A DNA stretch of 39,937 bases, taken from contig JACQQT010000031.1 in the NCBI GenBank assembly GCA_016206815.1, forward strand, positions 1 through 39,937, in the 5' to 3' direction. A model generated the notes under the pieces. The model saw nothing but the letters and a program-made list of their open reading frames with translations. It was not told where the DNA came from and searched no databases. Source of the DNA: Candidatus Omnitrophota bacterium (lineage in GTDB: Bacteria; Omnitrophota; Omnitrophia; Omnitrophales; Danuiimicrobiaceae). Shown in pieces: positions 1 to 8,495 of the stretch; the first letter of the stretch is position 1; each line of letters starts with the position of its first letter. A program made the translations under genes and the position numbers.

Positions 1-9
1 ATCCGATAG

Positions 10-1032
10 ATGCCTCTTCCAATCATTGCAATCACAATGGGTGATCCCGGAGGGATTGGGCCTGAAATTATTTTGAAATCGCTTCCCAACATGCCGCTTG
101 GAAAAACGCTCTACATGATTATCGGAAGTGAGGAAGTGTTCCAATACGCCAGCCAGCATTTGAACATTCCGTTTCGTCCTCACGTGGTCCCGACGCTGGA
201 TCGAGCGCTTTTGAGTGAATCTCAAATCAATTTGTTGGACATTACCCAAGAGGCAAAGACGGTTTATGAAAACGCTTTTGAGGAAACCCGCGAGGACAAC
301 GAAGTTTTTTCTGTCGGCCAAGTTTCGAAATGGAATGCCGCGCTTGCCTATTCGGCATTCAAGGTAGCCGCCTATCAGGGGGCTTGTGGTTTAATCGACG
401 GTCTTGTAACGGCCCCGGTTCATAAGTCGGCCGTCCGGTTAGTCGATCCTAAATTTTCAGGCCACACGGAATATCTCGCCCGGGTGGCGCGAGTTCAAGA
501 ATTTGCGATGATGTTCGTAAGCGACCGCCTTCGCGTGACCTTGGCGACCATTCATCTGCCGCTCAAAAAAGTTTCTCGTTCGTTAACAAAAGAGGGGATT
601 GAAAGCAAGATTAAGCTGACGCACGATTTTTTGAAACGGTATTTGAAAATCGAGTTTCCCAAAATCGGGGTGGCGGCTTTAAATCCCCATGGAAGGGAAT
701 TCGGGACCGAGGAGGAGGAGATCATCGTTCCGGCCGTTGAGTGCGCCAGACGGTCAGGCATTCAGGTAGAAGGACCTTTGCCGGGAGACCAGGTATTTTT
801 CGACGCTTATGAGAAACGCTTGGATGCGGTGGTCGCCATGTATCATGATCAAGGACTCGCCCCGTTTAAAATGATTGCTTTTCGGGAAGGGGTCAACGTG
901 ACGCTTGGGCTTCCGTACCTCAGGACTTCTCCGGATCACGGCACTGCCTTTAATATCGCCTACCAGAATCGGGCTTTTCCGGACGCTTTTGTCCAATCCA
1001 TCCGGTTGATCGAAGAATCACTGACCGCCTGA
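10..1032 (+). CDS. pdxA: 4-hydroxythreonine-4-phosphate dehydrogenase (PdxA family)
   Basis: 340-aa ORF with ITMGDPGGIGPEI N-terminus and HTEYLA, NPHGRE and SPDHGTAFNIA motifs typical of PdxA. Confidence 0.9.
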   Translation: MPLPIIAITMGDPGGIGPEIILKSLPNMPLGKTLYMIIGSEEVFQYASQHLNIPFRPHVVPTLDRALLSESQINLLDITQEAKTVYENAFEETREDNEVFSVGQVSKWNAALAYSAFKVAAYQGACGLIDGLVTAPVHKSAVRLVDPKFSGHTEYLARVARVQEFAMMFVSDRLRVTLATIHLPLKKVSRSLTKEGIESKIKLTHDFLKRYLKIEFPKIGVAALNPHGREFGTEEEEIIVPAVECARRSGIQVEGPLPGDQVFFDAYEKRLDAVVAMYHDQGLAPFKMIAFREGVNVTLGLPYLRTSPDHGTAFNIAYQNRAFPDAFVQSIRLIEESLTA

Positions 1033-1036
1033 TTCT

Positions 1037-2215
1037 TCAAACGTTCGTTTCAATTCGTTTGAGGAGACGGCGAACGCTTTCTTGGAAGGCCTCAGTGGGA
1101 GGGAGTAAACTGATCACTATGTAAGCCTCTTCTTCAAAGTCGTAAAAATATCCCGGATGGACGTAAACATGATCTTGCTTTAGAAATTCAAGCGCCCAAT
1201 CTTCTTCGCTTTTATTTTTCGCCAGACGCAAAACCGCATACCATCCGCCCTCGGTATCCAGCAGGCTGACCGCACGAACGCTCGACACTTCACGAGTGAG
1301 AAAGGTCCGGTTTTCTTGAATTCGATCTTGGATTTCGCGTTGAATTTCGCTCTTCAGCAAAAACCAGGAGGAAAGCGCCTGTTGAACCGGGGCGTTCACG
1401 GAAAGATAGGTATCCAGGATTATGTCAAGCCGGTCCAGCGATTGAGCAAGCACGGCTTCCGGACCGGTGGCGGCCATCCAAGCCAATTTCATCTGGGGAA
1501 GGCCCAATGTTTTTGAAATTCCTCCGAGAGTAAATGTTAAGACTTCTCGGTGACCGGCGAGGGAAGTTGCACGCAACGGATCATCGGCAACGGGATATTC
1601 GAAAAATACCTCATCCGATATGATCGCCAGTGATTTTTCTTTTGCAATGTCTAGAATTTCACTCAATTCTGTTTTTTTGACAAAAGAACCGGTTGGGTTA
1701 TTCGGATGGACCAGGATGATCGCTCTGGTTTCCGGTCCGACGGCTTCAGAAAGACTCGGAATGTCGATATGCCATCCGGATGACGCGTACCGCAGCGAAT
1801 AAGACTTGATGGAAACGTCGTTCAAGCCGGCGAGAAAATCGAAGAGCGGATAACTGGGTCGGGGGGCTAGGATGCTTTCGCCCGGATTTAACAGCAAGCG
1901 GAAAAGGAATGTGTAGGCTTCGCTCGTGCTTGCCGTTAAAAGGATTTGATTTTCATTCAAGACAATGTGCCGCGCGCGGTAGTCATTTTGAATCAGTTTT
2001 CTGGCTTCCGGGAGTCCTTTTGAAATGGGGTCATACTTGACGTTTGAAGGATGTGCGAGAGGTTGGAGTAACTCGGAGTTGAGATATCGGAAGTGACACC
2101 GGGTGGGGTTTGATTCCGTTAAATCTAAGATTTTCGCGCCCGCCTTTTGTAAGGATTGGAGACAAGAGCTGAGTGGATTGGTAGAGAATTTCCAATTGGT
2201 TCGGGATGCAAACAT
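1037..2215 (-). CDS. PLP-dependent aminotransferase, class I/II
   Basis: 392-aa ORF with HPNNPTG, SDEVF and PLP-lysine motif GISKTLGLPQMKLAW; convergent with pdxA, 4-nt gap between stops. Confidence 0.85.
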   Translation of the reverse strand: MFASRTNWKFSTNPLSSCLQSLQKAGAKILDLTESNPTRCHFRYLNSELLQPLAHPSNVKYDPISKGLPEARKLIQNDYRARHIVLNENQILLTASTSEAYTFLFRLLLNPGESILAPRPSYPLFDFLAGLNDVSIKSYSLRYASSGWHIDIPSLSEAVGPETRAIILVHPNNPTGSFVKKTELSEILDIAKEKSLAIISDEVFFEYPVADDPLRATSLAGHREVLTFTLGGISKTLGLPQMKLAWMAATGPEAVLAQSLDRLDIILDTYLSVNAPVQQALSSWFLLKSEIQREIQDRIQENRTFLTREVSSVRAVSLLDTEGGWYAVLRLAKNKSEEDWALEFLKQDHVYVHPGYFYDFEEEAYIVISLLPPTEAFQESVRRLLKRIETNV

Positions 2216-2235
2216 AAATGATCGGGCTTCTTGGG

Positions 2236-2264
2236 TTGACAGTCAATCGACTAAGGACTAAAAT
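2236..2264 (+). promoter_or_regulatory. Candidate sigma-70 promoter for the aldose-epimerase gene
   Basis: TTGACA (2236-2241), 17-nt spacer, TAAAAT (2259-2264), about 60 nt upstream of the ATG at 2327. Confidence 0.45.
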
Positions 2265-2326
2265 TCCGAAACATTGAAAAGACATTATCTCATGAGGTTA
2301 AGTGTAAAATCAAATAAGTTAGCCCG

Positions 2327-3265
2327 ATGCCTGCTTTGAAAACGCATTCATTACGAAACGATCGGCTAGAACTCACCCTTTCACCGGAGAATGGTTGCTA
2401 TTGGCGCGCCTTGCGCATTTTTTTGGACGGTCAATGGATCCCTCTCTTGAAGCCTCTGGAGGGTGAGGCGCCGCCTTTTCATTTCGGTTCTTATGTGATG
2501 GCGCCTTGGTCCAATCGGGTGGTTCAGGGCGTTTTCGAATTTGAAGGAGAAAGATACCGCCTCCGAAAAAATTTTTTCGATGACACGGCGATTCACGGCG
2601 ACGTCCGGAACCGTTCTTGGGAAGTTCGGAAGGCGACCCTTGAAGCGTTTGAAGCAGTATTAGACTCGAGGCGATTTCAGGATTTTAATTTTCCGTTTCG
2701 ATTGGTATTTCAACACAAGCTGGAACTTCACGACAGCCGCCTCCTGATGTCCCTTGTCATTGAAAACGTGGATCAAAGGCCGGCGCCTGTGGGAATGGGT
2801 TTTCATCCGTTTTTTAAACGGCGTTTGACGAATCGCGATCAAGACGTTGTGGTATTGCTTGCGGCGAATCAAGTTTATCCGGACGAGAAGTGTATTCCCA
2901 CCGGACCTGCGGTAGCCGTCGGCGGCAAAACAGATTTACGGTCGAAGCGATTTCTCGGGAATCCAAATCTGGACCATTGTTTCACCGGTTTAACGAATCA
3001 GGTGGTACGCCTTCTTTATTTGGGGTCCGATCGGGAGGTTCAAATAAAAATGGACCCGATCTTTACACACGTTGTGGTGTATGCCCCCAACGATCTATAC
3101 GGAAGAGCAAAAGATTTTGTTGCGGTAGAGCCGGTCACGCATGTGAATAACGGGTTCAATTTCTTAGCCCGCGGATGGCAAGGAACGGGTGTTAAAATTC
3201 TAAAACCCAGGGAGAAATGGGAAGGGATATGCGAACTTTCAGTGACGAATCTGAGCGGCCGGTAG
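2327..3265 (+). CDS. Aldose 1-epimerase (galactose mutarotase-like) family protein
   Basis: 312-aa ORF with HGDVRN and GMGFHPFF motifs characteristic of the aldose epimerase fold. Confidence 0.8.
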   Translation: MPALKTHSLRNDRLELTLSPENGCYWRALRIFLDGQWIPLLKPLEGEAPPFHFGSYVMAPWSNRVVQGVFEFEGERYRLRKNFFDDTAIHGDVRNRSWEVRKATLEAFEAVLDSRRFQDFNFPFRLVFQHKLELHDSRLLMSLVIENVDQRPAPVGMGFHPFFKRRLTNRDQDVVVLLAANQVYPDEKCIPTGPAVAVGGKTDLRSKRFLGNPNLDHCFTGLTNQVVRLLYLGSDREVQIKMDPIFTHVVVYAPNDLYGRAKDFVAVEPVTHVNNGFNFLARGWQGTGVKILKPREKWEGICELSVTNLSGR

Positions 3266-3294
3266 ACAAAACGCTTTCACTGAGGGCGGCCGAA

Positions 3295-4206
3295 ATGCCT
3301 CCGGGTGTAACTGCCGAGGTGTTAGCGTCAAAGAAGAAAGTTCAAACGAAGAAATGGCTTTTCGGAATTTTATTTCTCTTGGTCTTCGGTATTTGCTTGG
3401 CAAGCTGGTTTTATTTTAAAGGCAAGCCCCAACCGCAGTTTTTGCAAGTTGTTTCCGAGGTAGTGCCGTTAGTTCTCGTTGAGCAATTCAAATTCGAGCA
3501 GTCCTCGCTTTTCAATGATTGGAAGGAACATGTGTTCAAAGAGAAGACTTCTTATCAAGTGGAGGTCGATGAGCATTACGAAAACATGTTGCATGCCCAA
3601 AGCGAAGGGACATCGTCGGTTTTATTCAAAGAAGTAGACATCGATTTATCTCAAAGACCTTTCCTCGCTTGGGAGTGGAAGGTGAACCAGTTTCCGTCGA
3701 ATAAGCAGAACAAAACCTTAGCCGCCCAATCCGATAATGATTTTGGAGCACGAATTTATGCTGTCTTTGGCGGCAAAACGCCCTTTCTTTCAAGTGTCAT
3801 TCAATATGTGTGGGATGACCATTTTCCGGAAGGCACATTTGTGACAAGCCCTTATGCAAGGAATGTCAGAATTTTTGTCGTGCAGAGCGGAAGCAAAGGG
3901 ATTCAAGACGGTTGGGGGATTCAGCGCAGGGATTTGGTTAAAGACTATCAAATGCTTTTCGGGAAACCGCCGCGAGGGAAGTTAATAGCGGTTGGTATGA
4001 TGTCTGATTCCGATAACACCGGTACCGCTTCCGGTGCTTATTTTCGGAATTTTCGCGCTCAAAAACCAAAAACAGCGATTGAAGGAAAATCTTTGGGATC
4101 TAAGCGGCGACTCCCCACAATTGGCGAAGTCGTTTCTCGAATCTGGCAAACAGCAACCGATCAAATAGGAGCCCTACCGAAACGATTAAAAGCATCACGG
4201 CCATAA
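3295..4206 (+). CDS. DUF3047-like membrane-anchored protein of unknown function
   Basis: ORF opens at 3217. ATG 3295 is preferred (GAGGG 8 nt upstream, avoids overlap with the upstream gene). One N-terminal TM helix (WLFGILFLLVFGICLASWFYF). The core PFLAWEWKV...DNDFGARIYAVF resembles DUF3047. The 3' tail overlaps the convergent permease gene. Confidence 0.6.
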   Translation: MPPGVTAEVLASKKKVQTKKWLFGILFLLVFGICLASWFYFKGKPQPQFLQVVSEVVPLVLVEQFKFEQSSLFNDWKEHVFKEKTSYQVEVDEHYENMLHAQSEGTSSVLFKEVDIDLSQRPFLAWEWKVNQFPSNKQNKTLAAQSDNDFGARIYAVFGGKTPFLSSVIQYVWDDHFPEGTFVTSPYARNVRIFVVQSGSKGIQDGWGIQRRDLVKDYQMLFGKPPRGKLIAVGMMSDSDNTGTASGAYFRNFRAQKPKTAIEGKSLGSKRRLPTIGEVVSRIWQTATDQIGALPKRLKASRP

Positions 4207-4861
4207 CTTGCGGCATGTCGTTCAATTCCCGCCCCACTTGAAGAAGATGGCCTAACCCGATACTTACAAAAAGTAACTCTCCGGCCATCAGAGACCGCCA
4301 AGCAAAAGACCAGCCCAATTTCATTCCGGTCGCAATAGAAGGTAGCGCAGCGGGGAGAATGACCCGTATATAAAGTTTGATTCCTTTGACCCCCATGGTC
4401 TCGGCGGCGCGGATATAAAGAGGGGGGATGTTTTTAATCCCGCTGTCGGTAGCAATGGCAATGGAAAGAAAAGCCCCCATGATCACCACAAATTGGATAG
4501 CTTGTTCACTCAAGCCGAACCATAAAATAGCAAGCGGTAACCAACAAATGCTGGGCAGTACCTGGAGCCCTGTCATCAGCGATCCAACTGTCTCATCTAA
4601 AGTTTTGAAGCGACCTACCAAGAGGCCGAGAGTCACTCCAAATAAAAGTGAGACCGTGTATCCAATGAGGATTCGTCGAACGCTGACGAGCGTTCCCAAC
4701 AAAAATGTTCTATCTTGAAAACCCCAAAACAACGCTTTTACTACCTCCCAAGGCGAAGGGAAAAGATAGGGCGGCCAAAAACCAATCCTATATACCGCTT
4801 CCCAAATCAACACCAGCAGGACGTAGAAAATCAGCTTTCTTGAGAGTCCATTCACGATCAA
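4100..4861 (-). CDS. ABC transporter permease, NitT/TauT (nitrate/sulfonate/taurine) family
   Basis: 253-aa polytopic ORF with a SsuC/TauC-like architecture. TTG start at 4861 (GTG at 4855 is an alternative) overlaps the 3' end of the ATPase gene. Confidence 0.85.
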   Translation of the reverse strand: MIVNGLSRKLIFYVLLVLIWEAVYRIGFWPPYLFPSPWEVVKALFWGFQDRTFLLGTLVSVRRILIGYTVSLLFGVTLGLLVGRFKTLDETVGSLMTGLQVLPSICWLPLAILWFGLSEQAIQFVVIMGAFLSIAIATDSGIKNIPPLYIRAAETMGVKGIKLYIRVILPAALPSIATGMKLGWSFAWRSLMAGELLFVSIGLGHLLQVGRELNDMPQVMAVMLLIVSVGLLFDRLLFARFEKRLRQLWGVAA

Positions 4862-5639
4862 CCTCTTCCTTTAAAAATTTTTCGATCTCTTCTTTAAGTT
4901 CTTGTTGAATTTGTTGGGCATACACGACCACTTCCTGGCTGTTAATATCGCGCGGCCTTGGAAGATCAATTTGAAACTCTTTCTTAATTTGCCCGGGGCG
5001 GGCTGTGAAAACAAAAACCCGACTTCCAAGGCGCACAGCTTCCCTCACATTATGGGTAATAAAAATAACGGTTTGGTTGCTTTTAGCCCATATTTCCTGT
5101 ATTTCCTCGTGCAAAAGATCTCTTGTCTGGGCATCCAGTGCGGCAAACGGCTCGTCCATTAGAAGAACAGACGGATTGAGGGCAAGCGCCCGGGCAATTG
5201 CAACGCGGCTTTTCATACCACCTGAAAGTTGATGGACGTAGGCTTTTTCAAAACGACCTAGGTGGACCAGGTGAAGCAAGGCGCGCGCGATTTCTTTGCG
5301 TTTTCTTGCCTCCAGCCGTCCTACGAGGCCAAACTCTACATTTTGAATTACATTGAGCCATGGGAAAAGCGCCGACTCCTGAAAGATCACTACGCGATCA
5401 ATGCCGGGCGTTGTAACAGGAACGCCGTTTTTTTTGATTTGACCGCGCGTCGGCCGTTCTAGGCCTGCGATCATATTGAGAAGCGTTGTCTTTCCACAAC
5501 CCGAAGGACCCACGAAACAGACGAATTCACCGGAATTAATTTGGATGGAAATGTTGTCAAGAGCCAAAACCTTGCCGTGAGGCGTGTCAAAATCTTTGGA
5601 TAGGCCTTCGATTGAAAGTTGCATAAAATTCTTAGACAT
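4788..5639 (-). CDS. ABC transporter ATP-binding protein, NitT/TauT family
   Basis: Walker A GPSGCGKTT, signature LSGGMKSRVAIARAL, Walker B LLMDEPF. ATG at 5639 (MSKNFMQLSIEGL) overlaps the upstream stop by 8 nt. The longer ORF to 5702 is rejected. Confidence 0.9.
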   Translation of the reverse strand: MSKNFMQLSIEGLSKDFDTPHGKVLALDNISIQINSGEFVCFVGPSGCGKTTLLNMIAGLERPTRGQIKKNGVPVTTPGIDRVVIFQESALFPWLNVIQNVEFGLVGRLEARKRKEIARALLHLVHLGRFEKAYVHQLSGGMKSRVAIARALALNPSVLLMDEPFAALDAQTRDLLHEEIQEIWAKSNQTVIFITHNVREAVRLGSRVFVFTARPGQIKKEFQIDLPRPRDINSQEVVVYAQQIQQELKEEIEKFLKEEVDREWTLKKADFLRPAGVDLGSGI

Positions 5640-6657
5640 GTTGTTGAGATTCGGTTTTCGCTTGTTCCCAAAAAGAAAGTTCGTAAAGGTGATTGAGGTC
5701 AATTTTATTCCGGCCTAAATATCCGATTTCCGATGCCCGTTTGGCCGCTTCCAAAACCTGTGGTTCCATAGGGTCTGCAGTGAAAATGATGCGCCCAAAA
5801 CTCTGATCCAGATAAACGGGCGGAAGCGCTTTTCCCGTTTCGTGTTTCAGTTCTTCATTAAAAAGCCGCTTCGCTTCCGTCAAGTGTTCCTCAATCCAAT
5901 TCATTAAGGCTGTGTGGGCTTTCACCCATTGTTGTACCACTTCAGGGTGTCCATCCATAAATTTCTTTCTTACGACGAGAAGGGTAGTTGCGTAATCGCC
6001 GTTGGGCCAGAGTTCGCTTTCCTCAAAAAGGATTTTCGCATCAGTTTCGGCCACCAATCGGGAAACCCAGGGCTCTACGGTCCAAATCGCGTCAATTTGT
6101 TCTTTGGCAAAAGCAATCATTTGATCTCCGGCGTTAATGTTGAAAATGTCAACCTTGCCTCCCTGGGCGCGCGGTTTCAATCCTCTTTCTCGCATGAGAT
6201 GAAGCAAGGCCACATCTTGTGTGTTTCCTTTCTGAGGGGTTGCTACTTTTTTTCCTTGGATGTCTTCAAATTTCTGAATTCCAGAATTTTTTCGTACCAC
6301 AAAGGCACTTCCGCCGCTTGCGACACCTGAGACAACGCGCAACGCCTCGCCTTTCGACTTGATAAAACCGTTAATCGCGGGGTTTGGTCCTACATAAAGA
6401 ATATCAATTTCTCCAGCAAATAGCGCTTCAATAGCTCCAGGCCCTGCATGAAACGTTTTCCACTCAATGTCTGCCTCAGGTCCGAGATGCGTCTCGAAAT
6501 GCTTGGTTGCTTTGGCGATGAGAGCAGGGGCATGGGTCACATTTGGAAAATGCCCCGCGCGAATTTTGACGGTTCCTTTTTCAGAAAATGCATTTTGGGG
6601 AGTCAGCACAATTCCGATGATTCCGAAAATGATCAGAAACCATTTCAGCGATTTCAT
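5632..6657 (-). CDS. ABC transporter substrate-binding protein (NMT1/SsuA/TauA-like)
   Basis: Start at the ATG giving MKSLKWFLIIFGIIGIVLTPQNAFS (signal peptide), 4 nt after the Rrf2 stop. Periplasmic-binding-protein-like sequence in operon with the permease and ATPase. Confidence 0.8.
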   Translation of the reverse strand: MKSLKWFLIIFGIIGIVLTPQNAFSEKGTVKIRAGHFPNVTHAPALIAKATKHFETHLGPEADIEWKTFHAGPGAIEALFAGEIDILYVGPNPAINGFIKSKGEALRVVSGVASGGSAFVVRKNSGIQKFEDIQGKKVATPQKGNTQDVALLHLMRERGLKPRAQGGKVDIFNINAGDQMIAFAKEQIDAIWTVEPWVSRLVAETDAKILFEESELWPNGDYATTLLVVRKKFMDGHPEVVQQWVKAHTALMNWIEEHLTEAKRLFNEELKHETGKALPPVYLDQSFGRIIFTADPMEPQVLEAAKRASEIGYLGRNKIDLNHLYELSFWEQAKTESQQHV

Positions 6658-6661
6658 GGGA

Positions 6662-7120
6662 TTAAATGTAGTACATCTCGTAGGATGATTTTGAGCCTGC
6701 AAGTTCGAGTGATTTTTCACAGACATCGGCAAGCGTTTTCTGGTCCAAAATTTTTGCGACAGCATCTCGTACTTCCAGAAGCACCGCATAAAGGCCGGGA
6801 TGTTCCTTTTCTGTTTGGATCATTTTTTGAAGGACCTTTGCATTTTCGATTGGCGCAAGAGGGCCTTCAACCGAACGAATAACTTCTCCCAGAGTGATGT
6901 CTTTCGGATGTTTGGAAAGGGCATAGCCTCCATGTTGCCCTTTCGAACTGATGACAAAACCCGATTGTTTTAACTGGCTCATGATTTGTTCTAGGAATTT
7001 ATAAGGAATGCTTTCGGAGTTTGCTATTTCGCGCAAGCAAAGTGTTGCCTCGCAGCTTGATGCAGCCGCGAGGGTAAGCAAAGCTTTTAAAGCATATTCC
7101 CCGCGTTTGGTGATTTTCAT
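6662..7120 (-). CDS. Rrf2 family transcriptional regulator (no Fe-S Cys triad; CymR-like class)
   Basis: 152 aa. N-terminal MKITKRGEYALKALLTLA winged-helix signature. No cysteines between about residues 85 and 125, where IscR/NsrR carry cluster ligands. Confidence 0.85.
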   Translation of the reverse strand: MKITKRGEYALKALLTLAAASSCEATLCLREIANSESIPYKFLEQIMSQLKQSGFVISSKGQHGGYALSKHPKDITLGEVIRSVEGPLAPIENAKVLQKMIQTEKEHPGLYAVLLEVRDAVAKILDQKTLADVCEKSLELAGSKSSYEMYYI

Positions 7121-7135
7121 CTCATAGTAATCCTA

Positions 7136-7176
7136 TAGGAATGGTATAATTATAGCACTTATCCTAATATCATCAA
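7136..7176. promoter_or_regulatory. Divergent promoter/operator region between the Rrf2 operon and the thioesterase gene
   Basis: Perfect palindrome TATAATTATA (7145-7154) gives a TATAAT -10 on both strands. Plus strand has extended -10 TGGTATAAT (7142-7150). Minus strand has TTGATG (-35, 7171-7176), 16-nt spacer, TATAAT. Flanking inverted TAGGA (7136-7140) / TCCTA (7162-7166). Confidence 0.35.
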
Positions 7177-7273
7177 GTATTTTTTACTTCATTTCTGACT
7201 ATTCATTTCACGATTGGCGTTTTTAGAGGTAGAATAACCCCTCGTTTTTATTAGGTACCGTCAGGAGGAAGTG

Positions 7274-7759
7274 ATGGCTGCAAATAGGGAATTTGTACAC
7301 AAACATACCGTCTATTTAAATGAGACCAATGCCATGGGCGGGGTGGTCTATTTCGCAAACTTCATCAAGTGGCAGGGCATCGTTCGGGAAGAATTTTTTA
7401 TGAAAGCCTTTCCAAGCTGGCAGGAAGTGATGCGTCTTGTGATGGCAGGCAGTGCCAATATGATTACCGTGGAAGAACACTCCCGTTTTAAGCGTCCGGT
7501 TTCTTTTGGTGATACGGTGATTATCAAGCTGCAAACGGCCAACCTAAAGAAGTGTAGTTTTGACCTCGTTTTTAAAATGTATCGGAACAACGAAGAAGAA
7601 TTAGTGTACGAAGGCTGGCAGCGGCTGACGTTTGATGACTACAAAGGAAATTTTATCCCCATCCCGGAACCCTTCCGAAAATCGATCCTGGAATATCAAA
7701 GCACGGCGGGTGAGCATAAGCGATCTTCTATGCGGGAACGGTCAAAGTCTTCTAGTTAA
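7274..7759 (+). CDS. Hotdog-fold acyl-CoA thioesterase (YbgC/4HBT-like)
   Basis: GGAGG 5 nt upstream of the ATG at 7274. VYLNETNAMGGVVYFANFIKW resembles the YbgC/4HBT N-terminal motif. Ser/Arg-rich C-terminal tail. Confidence 0.7.
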   Translation: MAANREFVHKHTVYLNETNAMGGVVYFANFIKWQGIVREEFFMKAFPSWQEVMRLVMAGSANMITVEEHSRFKRPVSFGDTVIIKLQTANLKKCSFDLVFKMYRNNEEELVYEGWQRLTFDDYKGNFIPIPEPFRKSILEYQSTAGEHKRSSMRERSKSSS

Positions 7760-7778
7760 GCAGATCCGGTTGAATTCG

Positions 7779-8462
7779 ATGAATCCCTTTATTTTGTCCG
7801 CATTTTGGAGTTTTATTTTTACGGCGGTTGCCGGTTTCTGTTTCGTTCTCAAACGGCAAACGAAGTCGGAACTGTTCTTCGGTCTTTTCTGGCTCGTCGT
7901 TGCCTATTGGACTTTTCTCCTGGCGTTCCAATTTGAGCTCATGGATCAATGGATTTCAGGTTTCCTGTGGGGATGGCTGCTTCATGCGGGATGTATTTTT
8001 GTCCCGGTTTTGTTTTTCCATTTCACCATTTATTTAATCGGCGAGAGAGCAAAATTTCAAAGCGCGCTGGTGGCGGCTTATTTAACAGGCGGTGTTTTTT
8101 TATTGCTCATTGCATTTTCAAATTTATTTACCGGGGAAATCATCCGCCACAGTGATTTGGCGTATCCAAAGCCCTCCGTCTTGTACCCCGCCTATATTTT
8201 GTTTTTTCAGGTCGTGGGGATTTTTGCCACGTGGCTTATTTTCCAATGGCGGAAAGCCATCAAGCCCGAAAGCCGTAAATGGCTCCATTTGTTTCTTTCG
8301 GTTCACATCATTGCTTATCTGGGCGTGATGGATAATTATATGTTTATGTATGAGGTCCGGATTTTTCCGTTTTTTCCTTACGGCCTTTACGGCATCCTTC
8401 CGTATGCGGTGGTTGGAAGTTACGCTTTTTCAAGACTCCGAAAGTCAAACGCTGTCAGTTAG
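7779..8462 (+). CDS. Seven-TM integral membrane protein with no output domain (resembles histidine-kinase N-terminal 7TM sensor modules)
   Basis: ATG at 7779 (MNPFILSAFW...). Seven hydrophobic segments by eye. The upstream part of ORF 7632.. overlaps the thioesterase and is rejected. Confidence 0.6.
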   Translation: MNPFILSAFWSFIFTAVAGFCFVLKRQTKSELFFGLFWLVVAYWTFLLAFQFELMDQWISGFLWGWLLHAGCIFVPVLFFHFTIYLIGERAKFQSALVAAYLTGGVFLLLIAFSNLFTGEIIRHSDLAYPKPSVLYPAYILFFQVVGIFATWLIFQWRKAIKPESRKWLHLFLSVHIIAYLGVMDNYMFMYEVRIFPFFPYGLYGILPYAVVGSYAFSRLRKSNAVS

Positions 8463-8495
8463 ACAGTTTGATTTTTGAGGGACTCATTTTTATCC

